Positions 12,391-26,030 are shown, counted from the first letter of the stretch. The stretch: DNA of 64,000 nt from Octopus sinensis (GCF_006345805.1 NC_042998.1:163122001-163186000), one strand, 5' to 3'. The notes: generated by a model not told the origin, from the sequence alone. Translations and numbers: made by a program.

Positions 12391-14257
12391 CTTTCTAAAA
12401 AGATTTAACTAATGGAGAGAGTGTTTTTGATTCCTTCTTAAGACCCGAATTCAGTCATGTGACCCCGGAGTCTTCTTGACTATTTCAAGAAAAGAAGAAA
12501 CCTGCAATTTGTGTGTGTGTGTGTGTGTGATTAAAAAGTATAGTTTTCATCCATTTGTTCATCCAATGCCTTAAAATTTAATTTTAAATATTTAAAGTTA
12601 TCTAAAAAAGGTTATGTAAAAAAGTAATCAAGCACCTACATTATTTATTAGCATAAAACTTCAATTCATTTAAAAAGATTATAGCCCAGTAGAATTTCTC
12701 ATGGCTTCAGTCACCCCCAGAATGGCAAAAGGGTCAATTAGTTCAATTTTCTCTCTATTTTCCCCAACTTTGAAATAGATAAGAAGAATATTATCATTCT
12801 CGGAAGAGAGAAACCAAAGCTTAAACTGAAAATCAAAACCGAAGTGGGCAGCAAGGAATGTCATCGTTATTTTGATTGAAAGTATTATGAATAGTCTGAG
12901 TAAATGATGAGATGACCCATTCTGGACAAATTTTTCTGTTTCTTATGTCTGTTAGTTTGTTAGCTTAAGAACACATTTTCTCAACTTTGAAGTGATATTG
13001 AAAACGAATATCACTTTCAAGTGATATTCAAAATGAAATCATTTAATTGTACATCTGTTACGAGTGAAGGTCTAACTAAGTTAATGATAAAAAAAAACAG
13101 TATTTGTTGCTATTATGTGTATATATATATATATATATATATGCTCAGCAACTTTCAGTTTCTGTCTACTAAATCTACTCACAAAGCTTTGGTCAGCCTG
13201 AGGCTACAGTAGAAGGCTTTTGTTCAAGGTACATGCAATGGGACTGAACCCAGAATCATGTGGTTGAGAAGCAAATTTCTTATCACACAATCATGCCAAA
13301 CAGTTATGCCACACAGTCATGCCTGTCTAACATGAATCCTGGCTTCATGTTAGACAGGTCTAACATACAAAGTACTGTCAGCTGGCTTCAACTGACAGTA
13401 TTTAGTATGGACCTCGGTCAAGGGTTATGTATCTCTAGCAGAAGCCTGTGAAATATCAGGACAACATGTAGCAGGAGATAGTTATGCCTTACAAGCAGGG
13501 AAAGTGCTCTTTAACCTTGATTGGCAATCACCTCAATAAAACCCCTGTTGGTGGTGAAAGTTGCAGGAGGTCCAGGAAAACATAGGACAAAGTATTGAAG
13601 ATTGATCTCAAAATGTTGAATGTTGCTGTAATCAAGAAGACCCACCCACCACAACGGAATTGAGATCCTAAAACCAAGGTGCCATGTAAAAAGAATTAGT
13701 ATGGGTGCTGGTGCCACATAAAAAAGCACTAGTGATGGTTCCACATAAAAAGCACCCAGTATACTCTGTAATGTGGTTGTCGTCAGGAAGACGACAGTTA
13801 TAGAAACTAAGCCAAAACAGACTATAGAACCTGGTGCAACCCTTGGCCTTGGTAGTATCCGTCAAGCAATCCAACATGAAAAATGGACATTAAATGTTGA
13901 TGATCATGATATATGACACTATGGTGTATACTCTTCTATCGGTTATTCCCAAGAAAGCAAATATCATAATTAATTGTATCAGGAAAGCTTCTGTCACATC
14001 AGTTCCTATTCTGGAATTCATTTGCATAGTAAAGCAGGGTCGTGAGCTCAGGGAAGTAGTTGTGAGATTTCTCTTCACCATAGTTATCAAATGAATGAAT
14101 GAAATAAGAGTTTATATTATTCAAAGAGGGAGATTATTATTTCTGTGTAAATTAAGGTCTGTGGTTTTGGTAGCAAATTATAAAAAAAAACAGGTTTAGA
14201 AGTTTTTCAAAATTTAACTTTATTTAGTTTATATTTATCTGGTATTGTTTTTTTTTA

Positions 14258-14600
14258 TCTTTTATTTGTTTCAGTTACTGGACTGTGGCCATGCTGAGAC
14301 ACTACCTTGAAGGATTTTAGTAGAACAAATAGACACTTGTACTTATTTTATTGTAACAGTCCTTTATGCCAAAAAACTAATTTATGGGATGTAAACAAAC
14401 TAACACAAGTTGTCATGTGGTGGTAGGGGACAAAAACAGACAGATACACACGCATACATTTATACATATGACAGGCTTCTTTCAAATTCAATCACAAGGT
14501 TTTAGTCAGCCCAAGGTTATAGTAAAAGACACTTACCCAATATGGAATTGAACCCAGAACCATGTGGCTGTAAAGCAAGCATCTTACCACACAGCCACTT
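14258..14600 (-). mobile_element. Family A SINE, diverged
   Basis: Same motif order as the 11505 copy. Confidence 0.65.
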
Positions 14601-15282
14601 TCTGCTTTATGTTTTACAAATCAAATCCTACTTAGGTTCGTTTAACTTTTCATCTTCTAGGGGTCAACAACACAAGTAGTAGGATTACACAGCAATCAAA
14701 GGCTCATATACTATTCCCTAGTAAATAAAAAAAATAAAAAAACAACCTAACCTTATGTGTAACCAAAATACATCAAAATTTTTATGACAAATATTCTGAT
14801 ACTTGGAAATATCATATTTCTAAATATTAACATAGGGCTGTAACACAAGGTTTATGGTTTCTGACCACAAAATCATGAGTTACAACCTTGCTACGGTTCT
14901 TATGTTTTGCAAGATACATGACTAAGTTTGCTTTAATCTATCTAGCTAAAAAGTATAAGGGTTTGTAATTATAGAGATCAGAAAGTGTTTATGATAAACA
15001 TATATATAGACAGACAAATAAAAAGGTTAGATAGACAAGCAGATGTAGGTAGACAGATAGAGAGTTAGAAAAATAAACTAAGCATTAATATGAGAATTTA
15101 TGTGTGAGTGTGTGTGTGTGTGTGTGTGCATGAATTTATTAATATAATATATGTGTATGTATGTATGTATATATGTATATATATGTGTGTGTGTGTATAT
15201 ATGTATGCATGTGTGTATGTATATGTATATATATATAGAGAGAGAGAGAAAGAGAGAGAGATAGACAGACAGACAGACAGAC

Positions 15283-15340
<58 letters not shown>

Positions 15341-15549
15341 TCATAAGAGGGAGAGGAAAGGGATAAAAGAATTGGATAGAAGGAATAGAGTTATTGACTA
15401 AATAAGCAGAAGAACAGCAAATAAATAAAGCGATAAATATATTGATCCTGAAGAAGTAAGAGTGTTTTAGGCTGAGATACAAATAGATATTGATGAGAAG
15501 ACTGTACATTCAATATCTGGGTATGAGATAGACTTAGACATAAATGTAT

Positions 15550-15625
<76 letters not shown>

Positions 15626-15935
15626 CAATAGATAGGCTGACAGATAGATACCTAGATAAGTAGATAAAGGAAAAGATAGAGGAAAATAATGGGAAAAGGT
15701 AGTTGAAACTATATAGAAAGCTAAGCAAAAAGGGTTAGAGTATGTAAGAAAGAAGTTAGATGAAAAAGTGACAGGCTGACAGGCAGACTGACAGGCAGTC
15801 AGACAGACAGAAAATTAACTTCTTTTAAGACGTTACTGCCGCTGTGTTTATTGCCAAGTGAAGATGGCTTTGTGCCGATATTTGCTTGATTGATTTGTTA
15901 TAAACGCAGACTTTCTCTCTGTTCTCTCACATTAG

Positions 15936-16124
15936 CAGCAGTAAATGTCACCAACAGTTCAGCAGGTTAAAGTCCCTGAAGACACCTCGCATGGCATATT
16001 TAGCAACCAAGTATTGGCTACTCCTCTGACAGCATTTTCGGCAGAGGTCAAGGAACAACAAACAACGAAGCAGTAGAATGGTGCAGGAAGATAATCTTTT
16101 CAATAGCTTTCTTCTTGCTTGTAG
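15936..16124 (+). CDS. Candidate exon with 5'UTR and possible start (ATG 16078, MVQEDNLFNSFLLAC...), or a TM-like frame (WCRKIIFSIAFFLLV) if an acceptor at 16033 is used
   Basis: Pyrimidine-rich acceptor ctttctctctgttctctcacattag(cag), consensus donor TAG|gtaagg, non-repetitive sequence; product unidentified. Confidence 0.3.
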
Positions 16125-16363
16125 GTAAGGCAAGCAAGCAAACGATTTGAACTGTTAATTAAGTTGCAGCCTTTCTTTCTCTCTCTTACCCTCTCTCTCT
16201 TCTCTCTCTCTCTCTTTCTCTCTCTCTCTCAAGACTGATTAAAATATTTGTACTTTAACCCAGAACCTTTTCCCCCTTTAGTGTGTGAGTCTTTGTATAT
16301 ATATATCATATATATATATATATTCATACATACATACATACATACATACATACATACATACAT

Positions 16364-16433
<70 letters not shown>

Positions 16434-16439
16434 TTATAT

Positions 16440-16492
<53 letters not shown>

Positions 16493-17279
16493 GTATATAT
16501 GAATGTATATATGTGTGTGTGCATGTGTGCTTATGTATGTGTATGTGCATATATGTTCGCATAAATATTTATACATGTACATATGCAAATATATATAGAG
16601 ATGTGCATGTGTGTGTATGTGTGTATATTTATGTAAATAGAATGTGTTTTAATAATAAAATGGGTCTGTTTGATATATGTACTTAATTATTTATTCAAAA
16701 TACATTTAGCTGCTCACAAAAATGACTCAGTGTCGCTACTCAAAATTGCATTGTTTCTATTATAGATGAGACAGATATAAAGAAAGGCAACGTGTCAGTT
16801 TTGAATCAATTTTTATCATATGGATTATCTACTCATGACATGCTACCCCCTCTTTTGTTTTGTGGGCATACAGTCCCTAAGATTTTAAATAGGAGATGTG
16901 ATTTCCTTCTTTTAATAATGGTATGAATTTTCTTAAGAGAAATTTGGCTGAAACATTATATGGGTCAAGTAACTATATAGCAGATTCTACAATAATTTAT
17001 TTAATATCTCACTGAAGATTGCCTGCCAAAATTTGCTGTGATTCTTTCTTTATTTATTTATCTATTTTATATTATGTGGTAGATGTTGTGATATTGTCCT
17101 CCATTATTACCCTGTGGTATTTAGTTACATCCTTTAATATTTCATGTTCAAATCTTGCCCTTCTTGATTTTTGTCTTTCATCATTGCAAACTGGCAGAGT
17201 TGCTAGAATATAAGATAAAATGCTTTGCCAGTATTTGTTTCACCTCTATGCACTTTGAGTTCAAATATGGCAGAAGTTA

Positions 17280-17656
17280 AACAAATCAACCCCCCCAACA
17301 CTTATTTTCTGTTAAGCCTGGTACTTAGTCAATCAGTCAGTTAGTCAGCCAGTCATTTTTTGCCAAACCACTAAGTTACAGGGACGTAAACAAACCAACA
17401 CCGATTGTCAAGTAGTGGTGGGAGACAAGCACAAACATAGTCACACGCACGTAGATACATGCACATACATACATAGATACACACACACACATACAAAATG
17501 GGCTTCTTTCAGTTTCTGTCTACCAAATTCGTTCATGAGTCTTTGATCAACCCTGGGCTATAGTAAAAGACACTTGCCAAAGGTGCCACACAGTGGGATT
17601 CAACCTGCTATCATGTAGTTGGGAGCAAAGTTCTTACCACACAGCCATGCCTGCAC
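17280..17656 (-). mobile_element. Family A SINE
   Basis: ttctttcagtttctgtctaccaaattc...cttaccacacagccatgcctgc. Confidence 0.7.
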
Positions 17657-17699
17657 CTAAACTTACCAACTTTGATAAAATAAATGCCAGAGTAGTATT

Positions 17700-17870
17700 A
17701 GTTTCATATTTTGGCACAAGAGCAGCAGGTGTGGGAGATGAGGTAAGTCTATTACATCGACCCCAGTCCTCAACTGGTACTTATTTTATCAACCCCCAAA
17801 AAGGATGAAAGGCGAAGTAGACCTCAGCAGAGGTCTAAACATTTTGCCTGGCATGCCAACGATTCTGCCA
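17700..17870 (-). mobile_element. Family B SINE, partial
   Basis: ggtacttattttatcaaccccc aaaaggatgaaaggcgaagtagacctcagc is the reverse complement of the family B body. Confidence 0.6.
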
Positions 17871-18296
17871 CATTGCAAAATGCCGTCCTGATACTAAGAA
17901 GGGCATCAAATGGTAAAAGAATGAATGAATAGCATATTCTTTTAATCCATAGTAACATGGAAAAACAGGCATATAAAATAACAAAATGTCATATTAAAAC
18001 AATGAGAAGCACAATAAATATAGACATAAAAGAATTGGTAGTGTATTCTGACCGGCAGTGTATAGCGATTTCTGGATTGTCTCATTGAAACATGTGATAT
18101 ATCATCATCATCATCATCTTCCTCATCATTATCTGACGTTCATTTTCTAAAGCTGAACAGTCTGATAGGATTCAGTGAGCTACAGGGCTGCCTTATGTTC
18201 CATGTCACTTTTGGCATGATTTCTACAGCTAGATGACCTTCCTAATGCCCATGCTTTGTATATATGTATATATACATACACACTCACACACACAGA

Positions 18297-18414
<118 letters not shown>

Positions 18415-18499
18415 CCAATTGTAATTGGTAAACTGTATACATGTTCAATCTCATGTGGACGTCTCGTGTATAGTTCTGCAAATTATAGTTGCAAAGATG

Positions 18500-18572
18500 A
18501 TCACACTGACGAGTTTGCGGATGATTACGTAAATGATTACATAAGCATTAACAACGAAACCTGGTTTGTGAT
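18500..18572 (+). ncRNA. Type I hammerhead ribozyme motif, near intact (GUU site)
   Basis: atcaca-CTGACGA-gtttg...acaac-GAAA-cctgg-TT-tgtgat; helix I atcaca/tgtgat is a perfect 6 bp; helix II is short with a bulge. Confidence 0.7.
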
Positions 18573-18863
18573 TAATCTATATTTTGTATCTTTTCCTTCA
18601 TCTTGCTCACTTACGTTCTGGCATTTGCTAAATTTTCTTGAGAACATTCCTTTCTTAGTGGTAAGACCATAACCGATCTTCTAGCAAAATGGATGTCCAC
18701 TTACAGGTCATCCTTCTTTTATGTATGTAATATAATTTTTTCTGAAACTTCAGATTTTTCAATATGCTAGACCACTGGTTTTAAATTGATATTAATCAAA
18801 TTAATATTCAATTTTTCATCCTTATTATTTAAAATTTATATATACATATATATATATATATAC

Positions 18864-18924
<61 letters not shown>

Positions 18925-18940
18925 TATACATATATATATA

Positions 18941-18973
<33 letters not shown>

Positions 18974-19194
18974 AGGAGAATTTATGAAAAAACAAGACAA
19001 AGACAGGTGGTGTACAAAACAAACAGATGTATTAGTGTATTATATATATACAGGCTCACACACATGAACACACTCTTCCATGTGCACTCACACACTGACA
19101 CACACACACACACACACACATTGGTGCATCAGTTTTTGTAAGCTATGTGTTCTGAAGCAAAATGAGCTATAAATAATATTTATTACCACTTAAA

Positions 19195-19400
19195 CTTGGA
19201 TGTTTTCTTAGAACTATACCGTGGTAGTTGCCATGAGAGAAACTTTCATATTGGTTTTTGGTGCAAAATGCATTCTTATTTACATTGCTAGCAGGGAGAT
19301 AAAGCCCTGTTACCACCAGTGCTAGACCACGAGATCACATGGTTTTAACCTTCCTTGCTTATTATACATTGAGTTAAAAATCCCTAATATGGGAAAAAAT
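19195..19400 (-). mobile_element. Highly decayed LINE reverse transcriptase remnant
   Basis: Minus-strand translation includes ...HGNYHGIVL, resembling the NYRGISL motif of LINE RTs. Confidence 0.3.
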
Positions 19401-19664
19401 GGGATTGAAAATTGCATCTTCTGTAAGCCAGACAAATGTGTGACTAATTACACTAAAGCACATCTAAATGTAAAAAAAAACTTTCTCATTGGTTTAGATT
19501 AAAGTATTTAATATGATGGAAGTAAGACAGGAGGCTACTTTGGTGCAACTGGCAACGTATCTCTTTGGATTACAGAAGATGCATGGTTCATATTCCACAG
19601 GCAGCTTTTCTCCTTTATGAATGAATGAATGAATAAATGAATGTGTGTATGTATGTATTCGTTT

Positions 19665-19892
19665 ATTCTTTTACTTGTTTCAGTCATTTCAATGTGGCCA
19701 TGCTGGAACACTGTCTTTTGTCAAAAAGATCGACTCCAGGACTTATTCTTTGTAAGCCTAGTACTTATTCCATCAGTCACTTTTGTCAAACTGCTATGTT
19801 ACAGAAACAGAAACACACCAATATTGGTTGTCAAGCGATGGTGTGGGGTACAAACACACACAAACATATATATATATATATATATATAATAT

Positions 19893-19924
<32 letters not shown>

Positions 19925-19933
19925 GATAGATAG

Positions 19934-19976
<43 letters not shown>

Positions 19977-20155
19977 CATATATATATATATACATATATA
20001 TGATGGGCTTCTTTTAGTTTCCGTCTACTAAATCTATTCACAAGGCTTTGGTTGGCCTGAGCCTATAGTAGAAGATGCTTACCCAAGGTTCCATGCAGTG
20101 GGACTGAACCTGGAACCATGTGGTTGGGAAGCAAGCTTCTTACCAGACAGCCATA
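19665..20155 (-). mobile_element. Family A SINE with expanded central (TA)n/(GATA)n
   Basis: Full motif series from cttttacttgtttcagtcatt to cttaccagacagccat. Confidence 0.75.
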
Positions 20156-20547
20156 TGATTTTTCTTTGAGTTTTATTTAAGTTCTTCTTAAGAGGATTAA
20201 TGCCTGTCACTAACAAAGAAACAAAACTTTATGAGTTAAGAGAGTTCTTGGTGCTTGTAAATATGTGGTTGTGTTGGTTGAACAGTCAATGCACACACCC
20301 AAGTGTATGCATCTATTTATAGTAGAATCTCAGATGGAGAATTTTTGGAATATCTCAGAAATCTTCACTGTACCACTAATGAAGAGTATTTCTAGGTTTT
20401 TGTGAAAATTTCTTGTTTCATCATCACATGTAAAAATGAGAATTCATTATCAGAATACAAAAAAGATGCAAGTTCTACATTAATTCACCATAAATGTTCT
20501 CTTATTTCTGGACTTTGTATGTATGTATGTATGTACGTATTTATGTA

Positions 20548-21463
20548 TTGGGTAATCTCATAAATAACGCAGTTCTTTCAATTGCATGAACTAAAAGTCA
20601 GAGGGGGATGGGATAAACTACTTGCATCAACTTGCTATAAAAGCAGGTAGTAATTTTACTTTGACTTTATTCTTAGTGCAAGTTTTGAAAAGTGCTGTTC
20701 GATTTTAACAGTTACTTTTTCAAAGCTATAATGGAAGTGACAAAGAGCATATTCAGCATGTTTTGCTTTATGAGTTCAATGAAGGCAACAATGCAATGTT
20801 AAGTGCGAGGAATATTAATGCAGTATATAGGGATTGGATAATAAGCATAAGCCAGTGTCAACGGTGGTTCCAGAAATTTTGAGCTGGAAACAACAGCTGA
20901 GAAGACGACCCTCATCCTGGAAGATCTATTGAGCTCGATGAGGACGTCCTGCAAACCCTAGTGGAACAAAATCCCATTGTAACTGTTGAGGAACAAGCAG
21001 AGAAGCTTGGATTTGGTTATTCAAACATTCATCGACCCCTGTGTTAGAAGAAAAACGATCATCTTTGGTTTCAAGACAAAAGGTGTTCTTCCATTAGGAT
21101 AATGCTCAGCCACATACAGTAAGGATGACATTCCAAAGGCTGGAACAGTTTGAATGGGAAACGATGCCCCACCCATCATATTTGCTGGACATTGCCCAAT
21201 CTGATTATCATTTATTCCACAGTCTTCAAAATCATTTGGACAGAGAAAATATGAATTCTGTAGACGAGGTCAGAACAGTACTGGAGGAGTATTTTTCCTT
21301 GTGGACAAGTGAATTTTGGAAGAGGAGCTTTGCATGTCTACTAGATAGAACATCATAGAAAATGAAGGAGATTTAATCTAAAGATTAAAAACGAACTTTG
21401 TTTATCTTAATTTTGAAAAATAAAAGAGTATAAAAAAAACACATTATTTATGGGATGACCCAA
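20548..21463 (+). mobile_element. Internally deleted, decayed mariner (DD34D-type) transposon
   Basis: TIRs ttgggtaatctcataaataa / ttatttatgggatgacccaa flanked by TA; from ATG 20731 a frameshifted N-terminus (..EHIQHVLLYEF..QCQRWFQKF..GRSIELDEDVLQTLVEQNP), joined directly to C-terminal DNAQPH..MPHPSYLLDIAQSDYHLFHSLQNHL (PYSPDLAPSDY motif). Confidence 0.9.
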
Positions 21464-21639
21464 TATGTATGTACATATGTATGTATGCATGTGTGTATGG
21501 GTGGGTGGATGGATGAATAAGTGGGTGGGTGGCTAGTTAGTTGGTTATTAACCCAATGTCATTATAACCTATTATAATTCATTGCAAGACACATTGTCAA
21601 TAATAACTCATTTTAAAAAATAAAATAAATGCACCTTTT

Positions 21640-21876
21640 TAAAGCCTAGCCAGACTCATGGACCCGGTTTCCCGGTTTCAATGGCGTATTTGTTCTCCAG
21701 CTGGACAGGACGCCAGTCCATCGCAGCATTACTCATATTTGCCAGCTGAGTGGACTGGGGCAATGTGAAATGAAGTGCTTTGCTCAAGAACACAACGCGT
21801 CGCCCGGTTCAGGAGTCGAAACCACAATCTTACGATCATGATGCTGACACCCTAACCACTAAGCCATGCGCCTGCA
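21640..21876 (-). mobile_element. tRNA-derived SINE family C
   Basis: gccagctgagtggactggggcaatgtgaaatgaagtgctttgctcaagaacacaacgc...gagtcgaaaccacaatc, shared with 33655 and 58262. Confidence 0.7.
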
Positions 21877-22694
21877 CAATAACTCATTTACATATCATAA
21901 AATGCTTCTACATTTTCATTCTGAATATGCGTGTGCATATGTGTGTGTGCGCATGTGTGTACGAGAGAGAGAAATTTCGATAAATACAAGATGTAATTTA
22001 TATCAGTTGTTCCCTGCATATGTTTCACCATGGTGATTGCATCCACTGCATCCCCCTCCTCCTCTTCCTTTTCTTTCTTTTAACTATGTACAAATGTTGT
22101 AGCTGTTATTTTGTAATTCAGACTGCCTCATGGTCCCAGCAGACTAAATGAAAAAGGCATTGCCTCCAGAGGATGGTGAGGGAGACATGCTGAAACAGTT
22201 CCTCTGACTCACAGAGCTTGCACTTGCAGATAGCCATCTCCATCCCAATAGCAGTGAACAGGGATATGGACAGTGGGGACCAAGAACACCAAAGGTCTCC
22301 ACTGCCACTGGTTCAACCATAAACCTGTCAGAGAACAGCCAAAAACTTAACTGACATTGAATTCTGGGGCCAATATTAATGCCTATGACACACACATAAG
22401 TACAAATTGTCAATCTGTCTTACTAACCCTAATTCTTATATTTCAGTACTATAATGCTTTCTACCTATCATGTATCAAACACATTTGTCTACCCATTAAG
22501 GGAACCAATAATATAAACAATACAATGTGAGTACTTTTTGCATTCTGATGAGGTCAACTAACTACTCTCTTTCTCTCTCTCTATCTGTCTCCATTCCTCT
22601 CTGTATGCACGCTTACTCATATGTACACATTTTCCTTATACATACATTTATGTGCTATAGTATATATGCATACATACATAAATAGATACATACT

Positions 22695-22759
<65 letters not shown>

Positions 22760-23136
22760 TATGTATATATATGCACAGGTATACATATACATCTGTGTGT
22801 CTCCATGCATCCATACATTCATACCCAGACAAAACTATAATGCACATATGCAGGAATACACACCCTTACTATCACATTTTGTATACTGTCCCCAGTATTA
22901 TGCAAACACATACATATAAGCTCACACATTTAGACATTTAAAGACATTTTACACTCACACAAATATAGACATATATTTGAAATTACTCATACATTAACAT
23001 ATATACACATTGTCATAGACTCACACGCAAACATACTCGCTCACAAACAGTCGTACATTTACCCGTGTACAGATGCACACGTACATATAAATATTTCCAC
23101 ATATATATATGTATACACACACATACCCTTACTACA

Positions 23137-23223
<87 letters not shown>

Positions 23224-24163
23224 TCACATGTATGTATATATATGGGTGTATGTGCACGTGTGTGTGTGTACATATATATATATATATATTATATATATAT
23301 ATATATGTATATATAATGTGCAAGCATTGACATATACATGCACACACAAACACAGACAGACAAATATGTACCAAAACCAAAAAAAGAAAAAGATAAACCA
23401 AAAAAATGAGTAGTTTATTGGCTCAAAGACGCTACATCCTCAGCGAACCATTCCACTTTCATAAGTCATGTGCACCAGTGCCTGTTGAAAAGATGATACG
23501 GAAATGCAAATATAATTGGTAAACGAATTCTATGTGATACCTTCACTTTGACAGTAAGAGCAATAAAGCTTTCAGCATTGTTGAAGCTCTCTGTTGAACA
23601 ATGTTAAGGGTTTGCATGCTAATGAGATGAGAAATCTTCAGAGGTAGCACTAAATAGGTTGGTTGTCGTTTCTTTTCTTTTTTCTTTTTTTTTTTGCCCT
23701 CATGACGAAATATCAAATCTCTGAAATTTTTCTCTTTTTGTTTTTAACTTGATATATTCTGTTTTTGTTTGTTTTAATGTCTTTTCTTGTTTTATCTTAT
23801 TTTTGTTCTTGTGGCTGTCTTTTCATTTAGTCAACTGGTAATGTGCGTTTGGCTTATAGACAGAGATGATATGCACAGGAACATGTACGTGTGTGCAGAC
23901 ACATACTTACATTAAAATATATGCATATATGTATGTGTGCGTGTGTGTGTGTGTGCATGCATGTGTTGGAGACTGGTGGGTATAATGTGTGTATGCATAT
24001 ACATACATTTATGTGTGTGTGCATGTATATGTGTACAAATGCATGCATATGTATGTAAATATACATGTGCATACATACATAACACATACAGAGATACACA
24101 CACATATGTATATATATATATATTTATATATATATATATCTATATATATGCGTATTCAGCAGA

Positions 24164-24309
24164 ATCTTCTGATGACAATAACATCATTTCACTTCACGGA
24201 TCTCTAAAAATCCATGTTATTCCATACACCTATGATATTATGAGAGTTTATTACATAATATTCATGGTTATGGCATTGGTCATTGTTCATCCGAAACAGC
24301 TGTAAAGAT
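24164..24309 (+). ncRNA. Decayed type I hammerhead motif (helix II 5' strand partly deleted)
   Basis: atctt-CTGATGA-caataac...gtcattgttcatcc-GAAA-cagctg-TA-aagat; helix I atctt/aagat. Confidence 0.6.
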
Positions 24310-24971
24310 AAGACTATTACATGATTCATTTTATTTATTTGTATTTGCAGCCTTCCATGTAAACACACTCAATGTGCCCACTTTTGTGTATCTCTCTTTT
24401 TAAACTCCTGCATTCATATGCATATAGTTCCACAAAGGATAGTGGCATTATATGCATAAGTGTGCCCAGCAAATAAAAAATTAATGACCATATTTAAGGG
24501 CAGTGTGTTATTTTATATTTTAAAGTTGACTTGTGACTTGCAAGATTTTTCATCTAGAAAACAGCAAAGCTGTTTTTCAGTTCATCAATTTTTTTTTCTT
24601 GGATGTACCTAAGAGATGAGGCTGAAAGATACTCATTGATGCAGCAGTTAACAAGAGCATGTGATTGTATAAGAATATGTCAGTATGTAATTATATTTGC
24701 AAGAATCGGTTTAATTTGAGATGGAAGGGGTAAGAAAGTTGAGGAAGAGGGGAAAATGTTAAAGTGAGTTATAGATAGAATGAGGTATCAGGCGTCAAAC
24801 ATACGAGTGAATTTAGATAGGGGGACAGGAAAATAATGGAATAAAAATACACAAATTGTTGAGTAGGGTTAAGGAAGGGTGTGTGTTTAAATGAGAAAGA
24901 ATATTTTGTGTGTAGTTTTGCATAAATGAATATAAAAACATACATGTGAATGTGAATGTGTACACAACACA

Positions 24972-25024
<53 letters not shown>

Positions 25025-25184
25025 TACACACACACAGATACACACATACACACACACACACACACACACATGTATATGTTACTTGAGTAACATCTGAATT
25101 TACATGATGCTTCACTCTAAAGCAGGAGTACACTGAGTCCTAACAACTAGCTTTTAGTGTTGTTAGACCTAAGCAAAATCATAC

Positions 25185-25219
<35 letters not shown>

Positions 25220-25247
25220 ACACACATGTGTATATATATTCTTTTCT

Positions 25248-25535
25248 TTTATCTTTTATTTGTTTCAGTAATTAGTCTGCAGCCATGCTGGACACCACTT
25301 TGAAGGATTTTTTAATTGAATGAATTGGCAGCAGTATCTTTTTTTTTTTTTAGGCTTGGTACTGATTCTATTGGTCTTTTTTGCTGAACTGCTAACTTCC
25401 CACGATTTAAACACACCAATACTGGTTGTCAAGTGGTCATGGGGAACAAACTCAGATACACACACACACACACACACACAATGGGCTTCTTTCAGTTTCT
25501 AACTACCAAATCCACTCACAAGGCTTTGGTCAGTA
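25248..25535 (-). mobile_element. Family A SINE, head end cut off at a mariner fragment
   Basis: Family A motifs stop at ggctttggtcag, where mariner-like sequence begins. Confidence 0.65.
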
Positions 25536-26030
25536 GGTTGCATCTGGAGCCAAGACTTTACCTTAGAAATAAGGTCATTATCAACCAAAAAGTGCTTTCC
25601 CTTCGAAAAAGAATTCATGGTTGGAAAGAAGTGGAAGTCAGATGGTACGAGATCAGGAGAATTTCATAGCTGCAGGAGTGTACTTTCATCTATGCAACAT
25701 GTGCATTATGAACTGGGGTGTTGTCTTTGGTCAGCATGCTATGCCTCTCTGCTTTGATGGCATCCTGCAATTTCTGCAGCAAAGAAGCATAATATGCCCT
25801 GTTAAGGTGCCCTTTGCCAGAAAAATCCACCATCACTACTCTATGCTAGTCCCAAAAGACCACTGAGGGTTGGACATGAGCTTTCTTTCGAGGTGGTGAG
25901 TTATCATGCATCCATTGCTTTGACTGGACTTTAACCTCGGGATCATAGTGATGGACCTATATTTCACCCTGTGGGATAAGTCTGACGAAAAGCCCTCCTC
26001 GTTGTCTTGGCCATCCTCCACTGCATTGTG
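25536..26030 (-). mobile_element. Decayed mariner transposase fragment
   Basis: Frameshifted minus-strand translation has VHHYDPEVKVQSKQW (TGDE..WVYHYDPE..QS..W region) and a remnant of the PHPPYSPDL..SDFHLF region. Confidence 0.7.

Noticed and set aside
12679-12864. Minus ORF with DPFAILGV, resembling a J-domain (SEC63-like) start; also a + strand acceptor with DKKNIIILGREKPK...
   Set aside because: No HPD motif or partner exons found; both readings end in nearby stops and the similarity is too short
18466-18672. ORF or exon candidate SANYSCKDDHTDEFADDYVNDYISINNETW
   Set aside because: The same bases form a hammerhead with paired helices in a TA-adjacent insert, which explains the segment better
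22129-22140. CATGGTCCCAGC, identical to part of the HDV genomic ribozyme
   Set aside because: No P3 partner (GCTGG), L3 or P1 complement follows; a chance 12-mer
23405-23520. Short open frames on both strands with splice-like signals
   Set aside because: Several incompatible readings, none recognisable
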